Below, piece by piece: positions 43,513 through 54,300 of a stretch of DNA of 61,066 nucleotides. A program made the translations under genes and the position numbers. The stretch is from Elusimicrobiota bacterium (GTDB lineage Bacteria > Elusimicrobiota > Elusimicrobia > Elusimicrobiales > UBA9959). The notes beneath the pieces were generated by a model. That model was not told the DNA's origin, did no database searches, and saw only the letters and a list, made by a program, of their open reading frames with translations. The stretch's first letter is position 1. Every line of letters begins with the position of its first letter. Where the stretch lies: NCBI GenBank assembly GCA_027340875.1, contig DAIENX010000104.1:1-61066 (forward strand). Direction: 5' to 3'.

Positions 43513-46500
43513 ATGAAGAAGCTCATACTCTCTATTTTCCTGCTCGCTTGCTGGGCGGCCTCGCCGTCAGCGGCCGAGATAATGACCTACCAGGGGAGGC
43601 TCAAGGACGGCCCACTGCCGGCCAACGGGAGCTACAGCTTCTCGTTCGACTTCTGCTCCGACGGCACCGGTTCCGGCGCCGGCTGCCAGTCCGCCGGACC
43701 GGCCCAGTCCTTCAGCGTCGCCAACGGCCTTTTCAGGTCCACTTTCACCCTTCCCGCCGTGAACCTCTCCGCCGGTCCCTGGTATCTCCGCGTCACGGTG
43801 AACTCCTCTCCGCTCATTCCCCTGGAGCGCCTCACCTTCGTGCCGTATTCCGTCTTCTCGTCCAGCGCAGGCTACGCCTATTCCGCCTCCACGCTTACCG
43901 CGCTTTCCGGTCCCGCCGTCTTCGCGTCCACGCACGTCGTGGTGCGCGGGGAGCTCACTGCGGCGGACTGGACGGTCGATCCTTCCACCTATGCCGTGGT
44001 GCAGGGGGCCGCGTTGCTGAAGGACCTGACCCCGGGCACGCAGGACGTCCGCGTAGGCGTCAGCGGGCACGTCATCTCCGCCACTTCGGACAGCTCCGAC
44101 ATAATGGCCGGCGGCAATTTCGAGGCGGAGATCCCGTCGGGGAAGAACGGCATCATGATAGGCGTGCGCGCCGGCATCAACAACTCGGGGTCTTCGCCCC
44201 AGGCGACGGCGCTGTTCATCGACGGAGTGAACAATACCGGCACCATAGCCGACACCTACGGCGTCTACATCAGCACCCTTTACTCCGGGACCCAGCCCAA
44301 TAAGCCGTTCGCCATCTATTCGATCGATCGCGCCGCGCGCACCTATATAGCCGGCAATGTCGGCATCAGCTCGGTTCCCGCTTACGCGCTGGTGGTCTCC
44401 AGCGCCTCCGGCGACGTCATGTGGGTATCCAGCTACGCCGTGCACGGGCAGAAATTCGTCGGCGACGGCTCCGGCCTCACCGGGGTTACCGGCGCCACCG
44501 GCACCGACAACACGAAGGTGTTCAAGACAGGCGACACGATGACCGGCCAGCTCACAGTGGCAGGCTCGACCCTTACCGTGATAGCCCCGGGCAGCTTATC
44601 CAACTCAGGCGTGCTGTGGGCCGGTACCAGTACCGTAGTGCCCATGCTCTTCGTCTCCACGAAAGGCTACGTGGGCGTCGGGACATCCTCGCCCATGTAT
44701 CCCCTTCATGTGATAGAGCGTTCGGGTCAGGTGGCCGTCCTCATCGAGGGATACGACTCGAGCTACGACAGTCTTTATATCGACTCCAAAGGTACAGGTA
44801 ATCCGCTGATCGGTCTGGAAAAGGCGGGTCTGCTGAAGAGCAGCATGTACGTGGACGCCTCCGATAATTATGTCCTGGCGATGAGCGGGGCCGGAAAGAT
44901 GACGGTCACGCAGAGCGGCAACGTCGGAGTGGGCACTTCGGCCCCCGTATATCAGCTGCATGTCAACGGGGGGCTGTTCGCGGTTTCCAGCGTCACCACC
45001 CAGGGTTTCGTCAACGCGGGTTCTTACCAGATAAACGGCAGCACGGTGCTGCGCGTCCTTCCCGGCTCTTCCAGTCTGGCCGTCGGCGATAGAGCCGGCC
45101 TATCCGACGCCGGCAATTACAATATTTTTGTCGGTTCCGCCGCAGGCAAGGGGCATGGTTCCGGGGACAACAACACGATGCTCGGCTACGGCGCGGGCTT
45201 CTCCAACACGGTCGGCTCGGGCAATACCTTCCTGGGGTCTACGGCGGGGATGAACAATACCACCGGCGGCAATAACATAGTCATCGGCGCGTTGCAGAAT
45301 ACCTCAGCGCCCAACTCTTCGAACGAGATCAACATCGGCGGTCTTCTCTTCGGCAGGATGGATACCGCAGGCATCGGCGTCAGCACCCGCAATCCGCAGG
45401 CGGCGCTGGACGTGGTCTCCACCGGCGCGGTCTCCAACGTCTACGCGCAGATCTGGCGCGACTCGACCGGCAATATCATCTCCTCTATGTCCGCCTCAGG
45501 CGCTTTCGAAGCCGTCCGCTTCGTCGGGGACGGGTCCGGACTGACCGGCGTGACGGGCGCGACCGGCACCGACAGCACCAAGGTGCTCAAGGCCGGCGAC
45601 ACGATGACCGGCCCGCTCACGATGGCCGGGTCCACGCTGACCGTGACCGGCAACGCCTTCTCCGTGGGAGGGGGGACCTTGGCGGTCATCAACGGCCGCG
45701 TAGGCATCGGGACCAGCTCCCCGGCCTCCGCGTTCCATGTGCTCGTGACGGACAACAGCAATCTCAATTTCGCCAATTACGGCGGCAACCTCGTGTTCAA
45801 CACGGTCCCGCAGGCCTTTGCGAAAACGATCTTCAATAACAATGCCACCGGCAAGATCTCCTTCATGGTGGATTCCAATGAGATACTGGTGGTCTCCACC
45901 CCTACCCGGGTGGGTATCGGTACCGACGTTCCGCTTTACCGGCTGCACGTCTCCAGCGGCGCCGGAGAGAGCGGCACGATGATGGCGGTTTCCACGGGGA
46001 CTACCGACCTGTTCTGGGTGGCCGGAGACGGCGCGCACGCCGTTAAGTTCGTGGGGGACGGTTCCGGGCTCACAGGGGTCACGGGCGCCACCGGCACGGA
46101 CGCCACGAAGGTCCTGAAAGCAGGCGACACCATGACAGGACAGCTGACGCTGGCGGGCTCGACGCTGACCGTGACCGGCGGCGCATTTTCTGTCGGCGGC
46201 TCCACGCTCGCGGTATATTCCGGCAAGGTGGGCATAGGTACCGTTCTTCCGTCGGTGGAACTCCACGTCAAGAATACGTACGGCCGCGCCTTCCTTGAAT
46301 CCGCCGCCGGGAATACGGCCTGGCTGGGATTGGGACAGAACGCGAACGCCTACTGGATGCTGACCAACAATCCTACCGGAGGCAACTGGCTATCTTTCAA
46401 TAACCTGGGGAATACCCCCCAACTGGTGATACAGCAGGCCGGCAACGTCGGGATCGGCGATACCTCCCCGATGGCCAGGCTTCATGTCGAGGAGACCAGC

Positions 46501-49500
46501 GCGCTGGCGCAGTACGCGCTGATAGTTTCCACGAACGCGGACGCCGCCTCGTACAGGCTGGCCGTTTCCACCAGCGGCAGCCTGGGGGTGCGCGCCTTCC
46601 CGCCGGCCGCGGCGCTGGACGTGGCGGCCGAAGGCTCCGGCGCCTCGGACTATGTCCAGCTCTGGAGGAATTCCGCCGGGGTGATAATCGCCAGCGTCAC
46701 CGACAACGGGACCTTGTACGGCAACGGCTCGGGCCTGACCGGAATAAGCGCTTCCGGCCTGACCAGCGCCGGGGATATACTGGTGAATTCCACCGGTGGC
46801 AACACCCGCATCCAGACCGGCGGCACCGATATCGCCACCTTCCTTCCTGCCGGGACTCTCCAGGTCAATACGGCGAACACCGCCGGCGCGGTAAAGGAAG
46901 CCCTCAGGCTGGGGAACCCCGGCGCTGGCAATACGACCGGCGCCTCCCTGACCTTCTACAACAACGGTCCCACATGGGAGCAGGCTGGTATTGCCGGGTT
47001 CTATGATAATCCCACTAACTCCAATACCCTGGCCTTCTACACCGGCAACGGCCATACCGAGCGTATGCGCATCACGGGCTCCGGTTTCGTGGGGATAGCC
47101 ACAGGTACCCCGCAGGGCCTGTTCCAGGTCGGCGGGGGCACCTTTACTGTGCTGTCCAGCGGCACCGTCGGCATCGGGACGGAAGCGCCCGTGGCAAGGC
47201 TCGACATCTACGCCCCGAACACGGTCTCCTACATGGAGATCCACAACGCCAGCAATCTGAACCGCAAGGTGGCGCGTATATCGCAGTTCGCCAATAACGG
47301 ACTCCTCGACGTGTTCGATATCAACGAGGGCGTCGTGGTCCGCCTTAACGCCGACAAAACCTCTCCGTCCTATATCAATGCCGGCTACCTGGGGATCGGG
47401 ACGACCGCCCCTAAAGCCAGGCTGGACGTGCAGGAGACGGATACGGTGAACATGAACTACTCCCTGCGGGCCTCCACCTCCGACACCAGCTATCACCTGG
47501 TGGTCACCACCGGCGGCTGGGTCGGGATCAATCAGAAGGCTCCGCACAGCACGCTGCATATCGTAGGCGACAGCAAGAACGCCGGGGTGATGATGGAGCA
47601 GTCCGCCGAGATAAGCGACTCCGCTTTCCTGGCCCTCTCAAAGTCACGTGGCGCACCGGGAGCGGAGGCCATGGTCCTCGCGGGTGATCACCTTGGCCTG
47701 CTGGGTTTTGCCGGCTACAACGGCAACTCCGGCGACCCTTACCCGCTGGCGGCCGCCCTGCTGGCGTCCGTGGACGGAGCTCCTAGCGCCGTGAGCATGC
47801 CGGCCCGTCTGGACTTCATGACCGCCCCTGCGGGTACGCTGACGCCTCTGACCAGGATGACCATCAACGCCAAAGGCGACGTGGGTATCTCCACCGGTAC
47901 TCCCGCGGCGCGCCTTGACGTGCTGGCGGCCGGAAGTACCCTGCTCGATTACGCGCAGATCTGGCGCGACTCCGCCGGCGTAGTGAAGGCCAGCGTGACG
48001 GCCACCGGCGTTTTCTACGGCGACGGCTCCGGCCTTCAGAACGTCACCGCGTCCGGGAACGTACTGAAGTCCGGCGACACCATGTCGGGACAGCTGACGC
48101 TGTACAACTCTACGCTGACCGTGGGCGGCAACGTGTTCTCTGTGGGCGGCTCCACCCTGGTGGTCAATGCCGGCCGGGTCGGCGTCAACTGGACGAGTCC
48201 CGAGGCCGCCCTCGAGGTGAACGGGGGCGCCAAGTTCCTGCTGGGGGCTGGGACCTCGTACATCCTGACCGCCGGCTCCGCGCTCCGCCCGGACATGTTC
48301 TTCGTCTCCAGCGGCGGCCTCGTGGGCATCGGTGATTTCACCGCCGCCAAGGCGGATACCTCGACCGTGCTGCAGCTAGAGCCGCGCCTGCATGACTACG
48401 CGGCCGGAGCGGAGGATTATGCTCTAGGGGTCAGCGTGAACGCCAGGGCCGTCAGCGGCGGCTTGCAGGATGTGCTGGCCGCGGGCAACTTCGAGGCTAC
48501 CGTGGAGGGTCCCGCTTCCGCCGCCATGGCCATAGGTCTGAGGGCCAAGATCCGGCGGGAGATCGCCGGCGTCGGTGTGGTGGGCCGCGCTATGGGCGTT
48601 TTCGTGGACCAGTTGCAGAACGACACGGGGGGAGGAATAACCAATACTTACGGCATCTACATCGCGACGCAGACGGGCGGCGCCCAGACGAACCGCCCGT
48701 ATTCCATCTACGCCGAGGACACCAACGCCTACAACTACTTCGGCGGATACGTCGGCATCAGCTCCGCCGTGCCCGTGGCGGCGCTTGTCATCTCCAGCGC
48801 CCCAGGCAGTTCGGGCCCCATGCTGCTGGTCTCCACCGGGGCGAGCGTGGTGTTCGGCGTGAAGGGCAACGGAGAGGTGTACGCCTCCGGGCGCTTCATC
48901 GGCGACGGTTCGGGTCTCATCAACGTCACCGGGACCGACGCCACCAAGGTGCTGAAGGCCGGGGATGCGATGACCGGCCCGCTGTCGATAAATTCCGACG
49001 TGGCCACTAAATCGGCGGACCTCCTGACAACGGGCATAATCATCTCCACGGGCGGCGCCATGCAGACCACCGGCATAGGCCACGGCACCGTGGCCGGCAG
49101 CGCGCGCGGCACGGGCGCGGTGGACCTGCAGACCTCGCGCCTTGCCGCAGGCCAGGCCGCTACCGGCGACTATTCGGTCATCGGCGGCGGTATCGGAAAT
49201 ACCGCCAGCGGCTATGCGTCCGTGGTTTCCGGCGGTCAGCAGAATTCCGCGGGGGCCAGCAATTCCTACGCCACGGTGGGCGGCGGGGTCGGCAATTCCG
49301 CGTCCGCCACTTATGCCACAGTGGGAGGCGGTACTTCCAACAAGGCATCAGGCTTCTTCTCGGTAGTGGCCGGAGGACAGAGCAATACGGTCTACGCGGC
49401 CAACTCCGCTGCGGCCGGCGGCTTCAATAACGTGGTTTCCTCGTCAAATTCGTTCTCCGGCGGCGGCTATTACAACGTCGTCGCAGGCACCTCCTCCGCC

Positions 49501-51279
49501 GTAGCCGGAGGCGAGCATAACGCCGTCTACGACTTCTACGGCTTCATCGGCTCGGGCGTGAGCAACGTTATAGCCTCCAGCTATTCGGTGGTCGCCGGCG
49601 GAGCGTCGAACATGACGTACGGCGTCTACTCCGCTGTCGGCGGCGGCTTCAGCAACACGGCCAACAGCGGCTATAACACCATAGCCGGCGGCGCCGGGAA
49701 TACCGTGAATAACCAGTACGGCGCGATAGGCGGCGGCATGAACAACGCCGCGGGCGAATACGGGTTCGTCGGCGGCGGCTACGGGAATCAGGCCAGTAAT
49801 GTCCATGCGGCCGTGGCCGGCGGCTGGAACAACATCGCCGGAGGAATGGACGCGTTCGTCGGGGGCGGGCAGGGGAACCAGACCACCAGCAACTATTCCG
49901 TGATCGCCGGCGGCGTTTCCAACTTCATGAGCGCGACCGATCCGTACGCCGTTATCGGCGGCGGCTATGGCAACAACATTACCGGCAGCGGCCTGTATGC
50001 CGTGATCGGTGGCGGATCGAAGAACCAGGCTAACATGCCTTACTCGGCCGTCCTGTCCGGCTCCACCAATACAGCCATGGGGCAGTACTCGGTGGTGGCC
50101 GGCGGCTGGTGGAATACCGCCGGCGCATGGGGCACTACCATCGGCGGAGGTATTTTCAACAATGTCAACGTAGGCTCTTACGCGACCATAGCCGGCGGCT
50201 CCACCAATACTGCCAGCGGTTTCGGCTCGTTCATAGGCGCCGGAGAGCTCAACCAGGCCTCCGGCAATTATGCGGTGATCCCCGGAGGATATATGAACGC
50301 GGCCAATGGCACGTATTCTTTCTCTGCGGGATATAAATCCACCGCGGCCGCCAGCGGTAGCTTCAGCTGGGCCGATGGCACAGGAACGGGAATAGTGAAC
50401 AGCGGCATGAACCAGGTGATGTTCAAAGCGGCCGGCGGCTTCTGGGTGTCGACTTCCACGCTATATTACACCACGGGCCTTTACGTGAGCACCAGCAATA
50501 CGGTCAACATCGGGACTGTTGATTCTACGCGCGCCGACTTGTCGCTGTGGATCAATAAGGGCAGCGGGATGAACACGTTCCTGCTGGGCAATGACACTAC
50601 GAAAGGACTTAAGATACGGGACACGGGGACACTGATAGATCTGGATTCTCAGGGGGTGGACCTGATGTTCAACTCCAGCGGCAAGAACGCCTATTTCTAC
50701 CAGGGCAAGGTCGGAGTAGGCGTTACCACCGCCCTGGCCGGCTCGAAGATGGCGATAAACGAGCCCAGCCCGAATCTTACGGACCCGTACGTCCTGAAGG
50801 TCGGCACCGGCACTTCGCCCGAGATGTTGACGGTCTCAACCACGGGTGTTGTAAGCATGCCGCGCCAGTCCATGGCGCGGGCTTATGCTCCGGCTGCCGG
50901 CAGTTATGTGAGCGCGGCCTGGTCCTGGGTGACCATGAGCGCCAGCTACGAGGATAATCTCCTGGAGTACGATACGCTCAATTCGTACTTCACCTCGAAG
51001 TATGGCGGGCTTTATATGGTCTCGGCGCACGTCACTTTCGCCGCGTCCACTATGGGAACGGTGCGCGGCATAGGCCTGGGCCTTAACGGCGCGGTTCCGA
51101 ATCCTGAGGCGCGGGATGTGCGGCGGGCCGTCTCAAGCGCGACCGATGCCGATGACATGAACCTCACCAGAATAATGCGCATTCCGCCGGGACAGTTCGT
51201 CCGGTTGTTCGTCTACCAGGATACGGGCGCCAATCTTGGCGTGGCGACCGCGACCATGGACGTGGTGAAGCTGAACTAG
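43513..51279 (+). CDS. Giant (~2590 aa) mosaic tail-fibre-like adhesin with beta-helix repeats and C1q-like tip
   Basis: Signal peptide then MTYQGRL...NGSY; repeated FVGDGSGLTGV...KVLKAGDTMTG; many VGIGT motifs; ~14-aa YATVGGGxxNxA repeats; C-terminal EYD...FTSKYGGLYMVSAHVTF; GGAGG SD. Confidence 0.85.
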   Translation: MKKLILSIFLLACWAASPSAAEIMTYQGRLKDGPLPANGSYSFSFDFCSDGTGSGAGCQSAGPAQSFSVANGLFRSTFTLPAVNLSAGPWYLRVTVNSSPLIPLERLTFVPYSVFSSSAGYAYSASTLTALSGPAVFASTHVVVRGELTAADWTVDPSTYAVVQGAALLKDLTPGTQDVRVGVSGHVISATSDSSDIMAGGNFEAEIPSGKNGIMIGVRAGINNSGSSPQATALFIDGVNNTGTIADTYGVYISTLYSGTQPNKPFAIYSIDRAARTYIAGNVGISSVPAYALVVSSASGDVMWVSSYAVHGQKFVGDGSGLTGVTGATGTDNTKVFKTGDTMTGQLTVAGSTLTVIAPGSLSNSGVLWAGTSTVVPMLFVSTKGYVGVGTSSPMYPLHVIERSGQVAVLIEGYDSSYDSLYIDSKGTGNPLIGLEKAGLLKSSMYVDASDNYVLAMSGAGKMTVTQSGNVGVGTSAPVYQLHVNGGLFAVSSVTTQGFVNAGSYQINGSTVLRVLPGSSSLAVGDRAGLSDAGNYNIFVGSAAGKGHGSGDNNTMLGYGAGFSNTVGSGNTFLGSTAGMNNTTGGNNIVIGALQNTSAPNSSNEINIGGLLFGRMDTAGIGVSTRNPQAALDVVSTGAVSNVYAQIWRDSTGNIISSMSASGAFEAVRFVGDGSGLTGVTGATGTDSTKVLKAGDTMTGPLTMAGSTLTVTGNAFSVGGGTLAVINGRVGIGTSSPASAFHVLVTDNSNLNFANYGGNLVFNTVPQAFAKTIFNNNATGKISFMVDSNEILVVSTPTRVGIGTDVPLYRLHVSSGAGESGTMMAVSTGTTDLFWVAGDGAHAVKFVGDGSGLTGVTGATGTDATKVLKAGDTMTGQLTLAGSTLTVTGGAFSVGGSTLAVYSGKVGIGTVLPSVELHVKNTYGRAFLESAAGNTAWLGLGQNANAYWMLTNNPTGGNWLSFNNLGNTPQLVIQQAGNVGIGDTSPMARLHVEETSALAQYALIVSTNADAASYRLAVSTSGSLGVRAFPPAAALDVAAEGSGASDYVQLWRNSAGVIIASVTDNGTLYGNGSGLTGISASGLTSAGDILVNSTGGNTRIQTGGTDIATFLPAGTLQVNTANTAGAVKEALRLGNPGAGNTTGASLTFYNNGPTWEQAGIAGFYDNPTNSNTLAFYTGNGHTERMRITGSGFVGIATGTPQGLFQVGGGTFTVLSSGTVGIGTEAPVARLDIYAPNTVSYMEIHNASNLNRKVARISQFANNGLLDVFDINEGVVVRLNADKTSPSYINAGYLGIGTTAPKARLDVQETDTVNMNYSLRASTSDTSYHLVVTTGGWVGINQKAPHSTLHIVGDSKNAGVMMEQSAEISDSAFLALSKSRGAPGAEAMVLAGDHLGLLGFAGYNGNSGDPYPLAAALLASVDGAPSAVSMPARLDFMTAPAGTLTPLTRMTINAKGDVGISTGTPAARLDVLAAGSTLLDYAQIWRDSAGVVKASVTATGVFYGDGSGLQNVTASGNVLKSGDTMSGQLTLYNSTLTVGGNVFSVGGSTLVVNAGRVGVNWTSPEAALEVNGGAKFLLGAGTSYILTAGSALRPDMFFVSSGGLVGIGDFTAAKADTSTVLQLEPRLHDYAAGAEDYALGVSVNARAVSGGLQDVLAAGNFEATVEGPASAAMAIGLRAKIRREIAGVGVVGRAMGVFVDQLQNDTGGGITNTYGIYIATQTGGAQTNRPYSIYAEDTNAYNYFGGYVGISSAVPVAALVISSAPGSSGPMLLVSTGASVVFGVKGNGEVYASGRFIGDGSGLINVTGTDATKVLKAGDAMTGPLSINSDVATKSADLLTTGIIISTGGAMQTTGIGHGTVAGSARGTGAVDLQTSRLAAGQAATGDYSVIGGGIGNTASGYASVVSGGQQNSAGASNSYATVGGGVGNSASATYATVGGGTSNKASGFFSVVAGGQSNTVYAANSAAAGGFNNVVSSSNSFSGGGYYNVVAGTSSAVAGGEHNAVYDFYGFIGSGVSNVIASSYSVVAGGASNMTYGVYSAVGGGFSNTANSGYNTIAGGAGNTVNNQYGAIGGGMNNAAGEYGFVGGGYGNQASNVHAAVAGGWNNIAGGMDAFVGGGQGNQTTSNYSVIAGGVSNFMSATDPYAVIGGGYGNNITGSGLYAVIGGGSKNQANMPYSAVLSGSTNTAMGQYSVVAGGWWNTAGAWGTTIGGGIFNNVNVGSYATIAGGSTNTASGFGSFIGAGELNQASGNYAVIPGGYMNAANGTYSFSAGYKSTAAASGSFSWADGTGTGIVNSGMNQVMFKAAGGFWVSTSTLYYTTGLYVSTSNTVNIGTVDSTRADLSLWINKGSGMNTFLLGNDTTKGLKIRDTGTLIDLDSQGVDLMFNSSGKNAYFYQGKVGVGVTTALAGSKMAINEPSPNLTDPYVLKVGTGTSPEMLTVSTTGVVSMPRQSMARAYAPAAGSYVSAAWSWVTMSASYEDNLLEYDTLNSYFTSKYGGLYMVSAHVTFAASTMGTVRGIGLGLNGAVPNPEARDVRRAVSSATDADDMNLTRIMRIPPGQFVRLFVYQDTGANLGVATATMDVVKLN

Positions 51280-51305
51280 CGGAGGAAAGCCGGCTCTAAG
51301 GACCG

Positions 51306-54300
51306 ATGAGACAGATATTCGCGGCCGCCATGGCGGTGTGCCTGCTGCCCGCACAGGCGGCGGCCGCAAAAACAGCGGGGAACCTCGCCGTCCTGGGCGA
51401 CGCGGCGGACTATTCGTCTGCCAGCTCCAGCCAGGCCGGTGCCGCCTTTTCCATGGCCGGAGGCCTTTCCTCCGTGGCCAACGACATCACGAGCGACGGC
51501 GCTAATCTTAAGCTCGAATCCGGCTTCTATTCGCGCCTGGTCGTAGGACAATCCGCTTTCGGCTACTATCCGCAGGGCACCAGCAGCGTGACGCTGAGCT
51601 GGACGGCCGCCAATCCTAACGGCACCACTTACGACCTGTTCGTCTCGACCTGGCAGGAGGCCGACCCCTACATGGCCTATTATTCCACCGACGCGGCCGG
51701 CTACCCGGTGGAATCCCTTGCTCCGAACACCAGTTACTATGTCTTCTCCGTGGCGAACTACATGGAGGGCGACTACTCCGCCCCGGCCGCCACTACGACG
51801 GTTACGCTGGCCGGGGTCCCATCCACGGGCGCTTTCACTCTCGCCGACGCGGGGCACGACACGCTCGCGCTCTCTTTTACCGGGCCGGGGAACAGCCCGC
51901 CCCTGCCCCTGCGGCCTTGGTTCCAGTATTCAGCTGGCCTCCCGAGACCGCTTTACGGCCAATCCTCGGTGGTATATGCCACGCATGTCTATCTGAGCGG
52001 CGGCTTCGACGGCGTGTATTTCTCCAGCGCCGTTTACCGCGCCGAGCTGCTGGCCGACGGCTCCCTCGGCGCGTGGGAGACCGCGGCCTATATGCCGGAG
52101 GGGCTGTACGGCCATCAGGCGGTCGCGGCCAGGGGCCGGCTCTTCGTGCTGGGGGGGTACTCTTCCTCCGGGGCGCGCAGGGAGGTCTGGTCGACCGATA
52201 TCTCGAGCGCAGGCTCCCTGGGCGCCTGGGAGCCGGAGACGCCGCTGCCAGACCCCATGTATTTCCACGCGGCAGCCCTGGTGGGCGACAAGATCTACGT
52301 TTCCGGAGGATACAAGAGCGGCTCGGGCGTTCTGGCCGGCTTTAGCTTCGCGGAGCTGGGCGCGGACGCCTCGCTCGGCGCCTGGGATACTTCCAACACC
52401 ATGCCGGCCCCGCGCTACGCGCATTCTATGACCCTGTTCCCGGGCATGCTGGTGATCGCCGGCGGCAAGGACGGGGCTTCGGCCAGGGCGGAGACCTGGT
52501 CCTGCCCCGTCAGCACGGGAGGATTCCTGTCTCCGCCCTGCGCGCCGTGGACCCCGCTGCCTGGCGCGCGCTACGGCCACTCCGCCGTGGCCGAAGGGAC
52601 GAGGTTCTATATCGTCGGCGGCAACAACGGCTATGCCGCGATGCAGCAGGTGTACCAGACCACCATTCCCGCTGCCGGGCTGCCGCAATGGGGCGCCGCC
52701 GCCGCTCTGCCCGCTCCGGTGCAGTTCTCTTCGCCGCTGCTGGGGAGCGGCGGTCTCTATCTCTTCGGCGGTTCCTCGGGTTCGTCAGCGCTGTCGTCCG
52801 TATATGCCTCCAGCATCACGGGTACCGAGTACGCTCTCCAGGCTTCCCCGGACCCTACCTTCAGCGGCGTCCCGCTGACCTCCAAATGGTCCCCGAACCC
52901 CGGCGCGTCCTTCAGCGGCCTGGCCCCGCTGACGCAGTACTATTTCCGCGCTAAGGCCAGGAACTGGACGGGCGTGGAGACGGATTATTCCCCGGTCGGC
53001 TCCACCTTCACCTATGCCGCCATCCCCGCCACCGCGTCCTATACCGGCGTCGGGATAAATACCGCGGTGGCGAACTGGGCGGCTAACGGCAACCCCGCCG
53101 GCACCAATTACCAGCTCAATGTCTCGACTTCCCCGGATTTCTATCCTGAGTACGGATCATATACCACGAACACTTTCCTTACCCTGAGCGGTCTGCTCCA
53201 GAGCACCACTTACTACAGCCGGGTGCGGGTCTTCTCCGCGACCCCTCTTTCCCGCTTCGCGGTGCTGCCGCCGGTAAAGACCAGCTACGATCCGGCCCTG
53301 GACGTGGACAGTCCCACGATCGTCAACGGCCAGAGCCCCGGCGACTACGCCTATTGGATAGCCACCAATACCTTCCTCAGCAGCGCTACCTTCACCGACG
53401 TAGGGGCATCCGGTATAAGTTATTTCGAACTTCAGGTATCCACCAAGCTGGGCGACCCTGCCAGCGCGACTACCGGCTGGCTGCCGGCCGTATCCGGCAT
53501 AAACCAGCCCTCCTACAGCGCCCCGTGGACGCTGCCGCAGTCCGCCTGGGACGCTATGCTCGACGGCGCATCCAGCTATGTCTCGGTGCGGGTTTACGAT
53601 AACTCCGGGAATTACTCCGCCTTGCGCGACATCTTCAGCGTGCTGAAGGACAGCACGCCTCCGGTCATCGGCGTTCCCTATGCCGCCGTCGCGCCTACCG
53701 GCTGGCTGACCGACAACCCGGGGAAAGTGACGGACCTGCGCTTCGACGATCCTCTTTCCGGGCTCGCCAAAGTGCAGTACAGCGTGAGCCGCGACAAGCT
53801 GTTCGCCGACGGCTCCGTTATCCCGTGGACCGATATGGACCTGACCAACTCCACGGCCGCGCTCGCTCACGGCGCTACCTGGTACCAGACCGACCTGAGC
53901 TACAGCTTCAACGCGCTGGCCAACGCCGCTTCCAACTATTTCAGCTTCAGGGCGGTGGACGTAGCCGGCTCGACCTATACTTTCAAGGACGCTTTCGGCA
54001 TAGCCAAGAACGTGAGCGGCCCTACCGTGGCGATATCGACCCCGGCCGGCGCGTATCTCTCCACGTTCACCGTGGTCTCCGGCAACACCGCCGAGACGAA
54101 CGCGCACCCGGTCCTGGGGACAGAGATCTCGCTGCGCGACCTGGACACCGGGCTGTATTTCAACGGCGTCACTTTCCTGTCCGGCTCGCAGTACTGGCTG
54201 GACGCGGCCGACCAGGGCAGCACGTTCACGCTGACGCTGCAGAACCCTCCGCTCATCAGCGGGCGCCATTATCAGGCCGTTGCCCGCTCTTCCGATTCCG

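Noticed and set aside
49165..50370. CRISPR-like or tandem DNA array
   Set aside because: The periodicity comes from degenerate in-frame ~14-aa protein repeats, not identical DNA repeats with spacers.
43513..51279. Prophage tail fibre or diversity-generating retroelement target
   Set aside because: It has a Sec signal, no phage structural or integrase genes nearby, no reverse transcriptase and no near-identical TR/VR pair.
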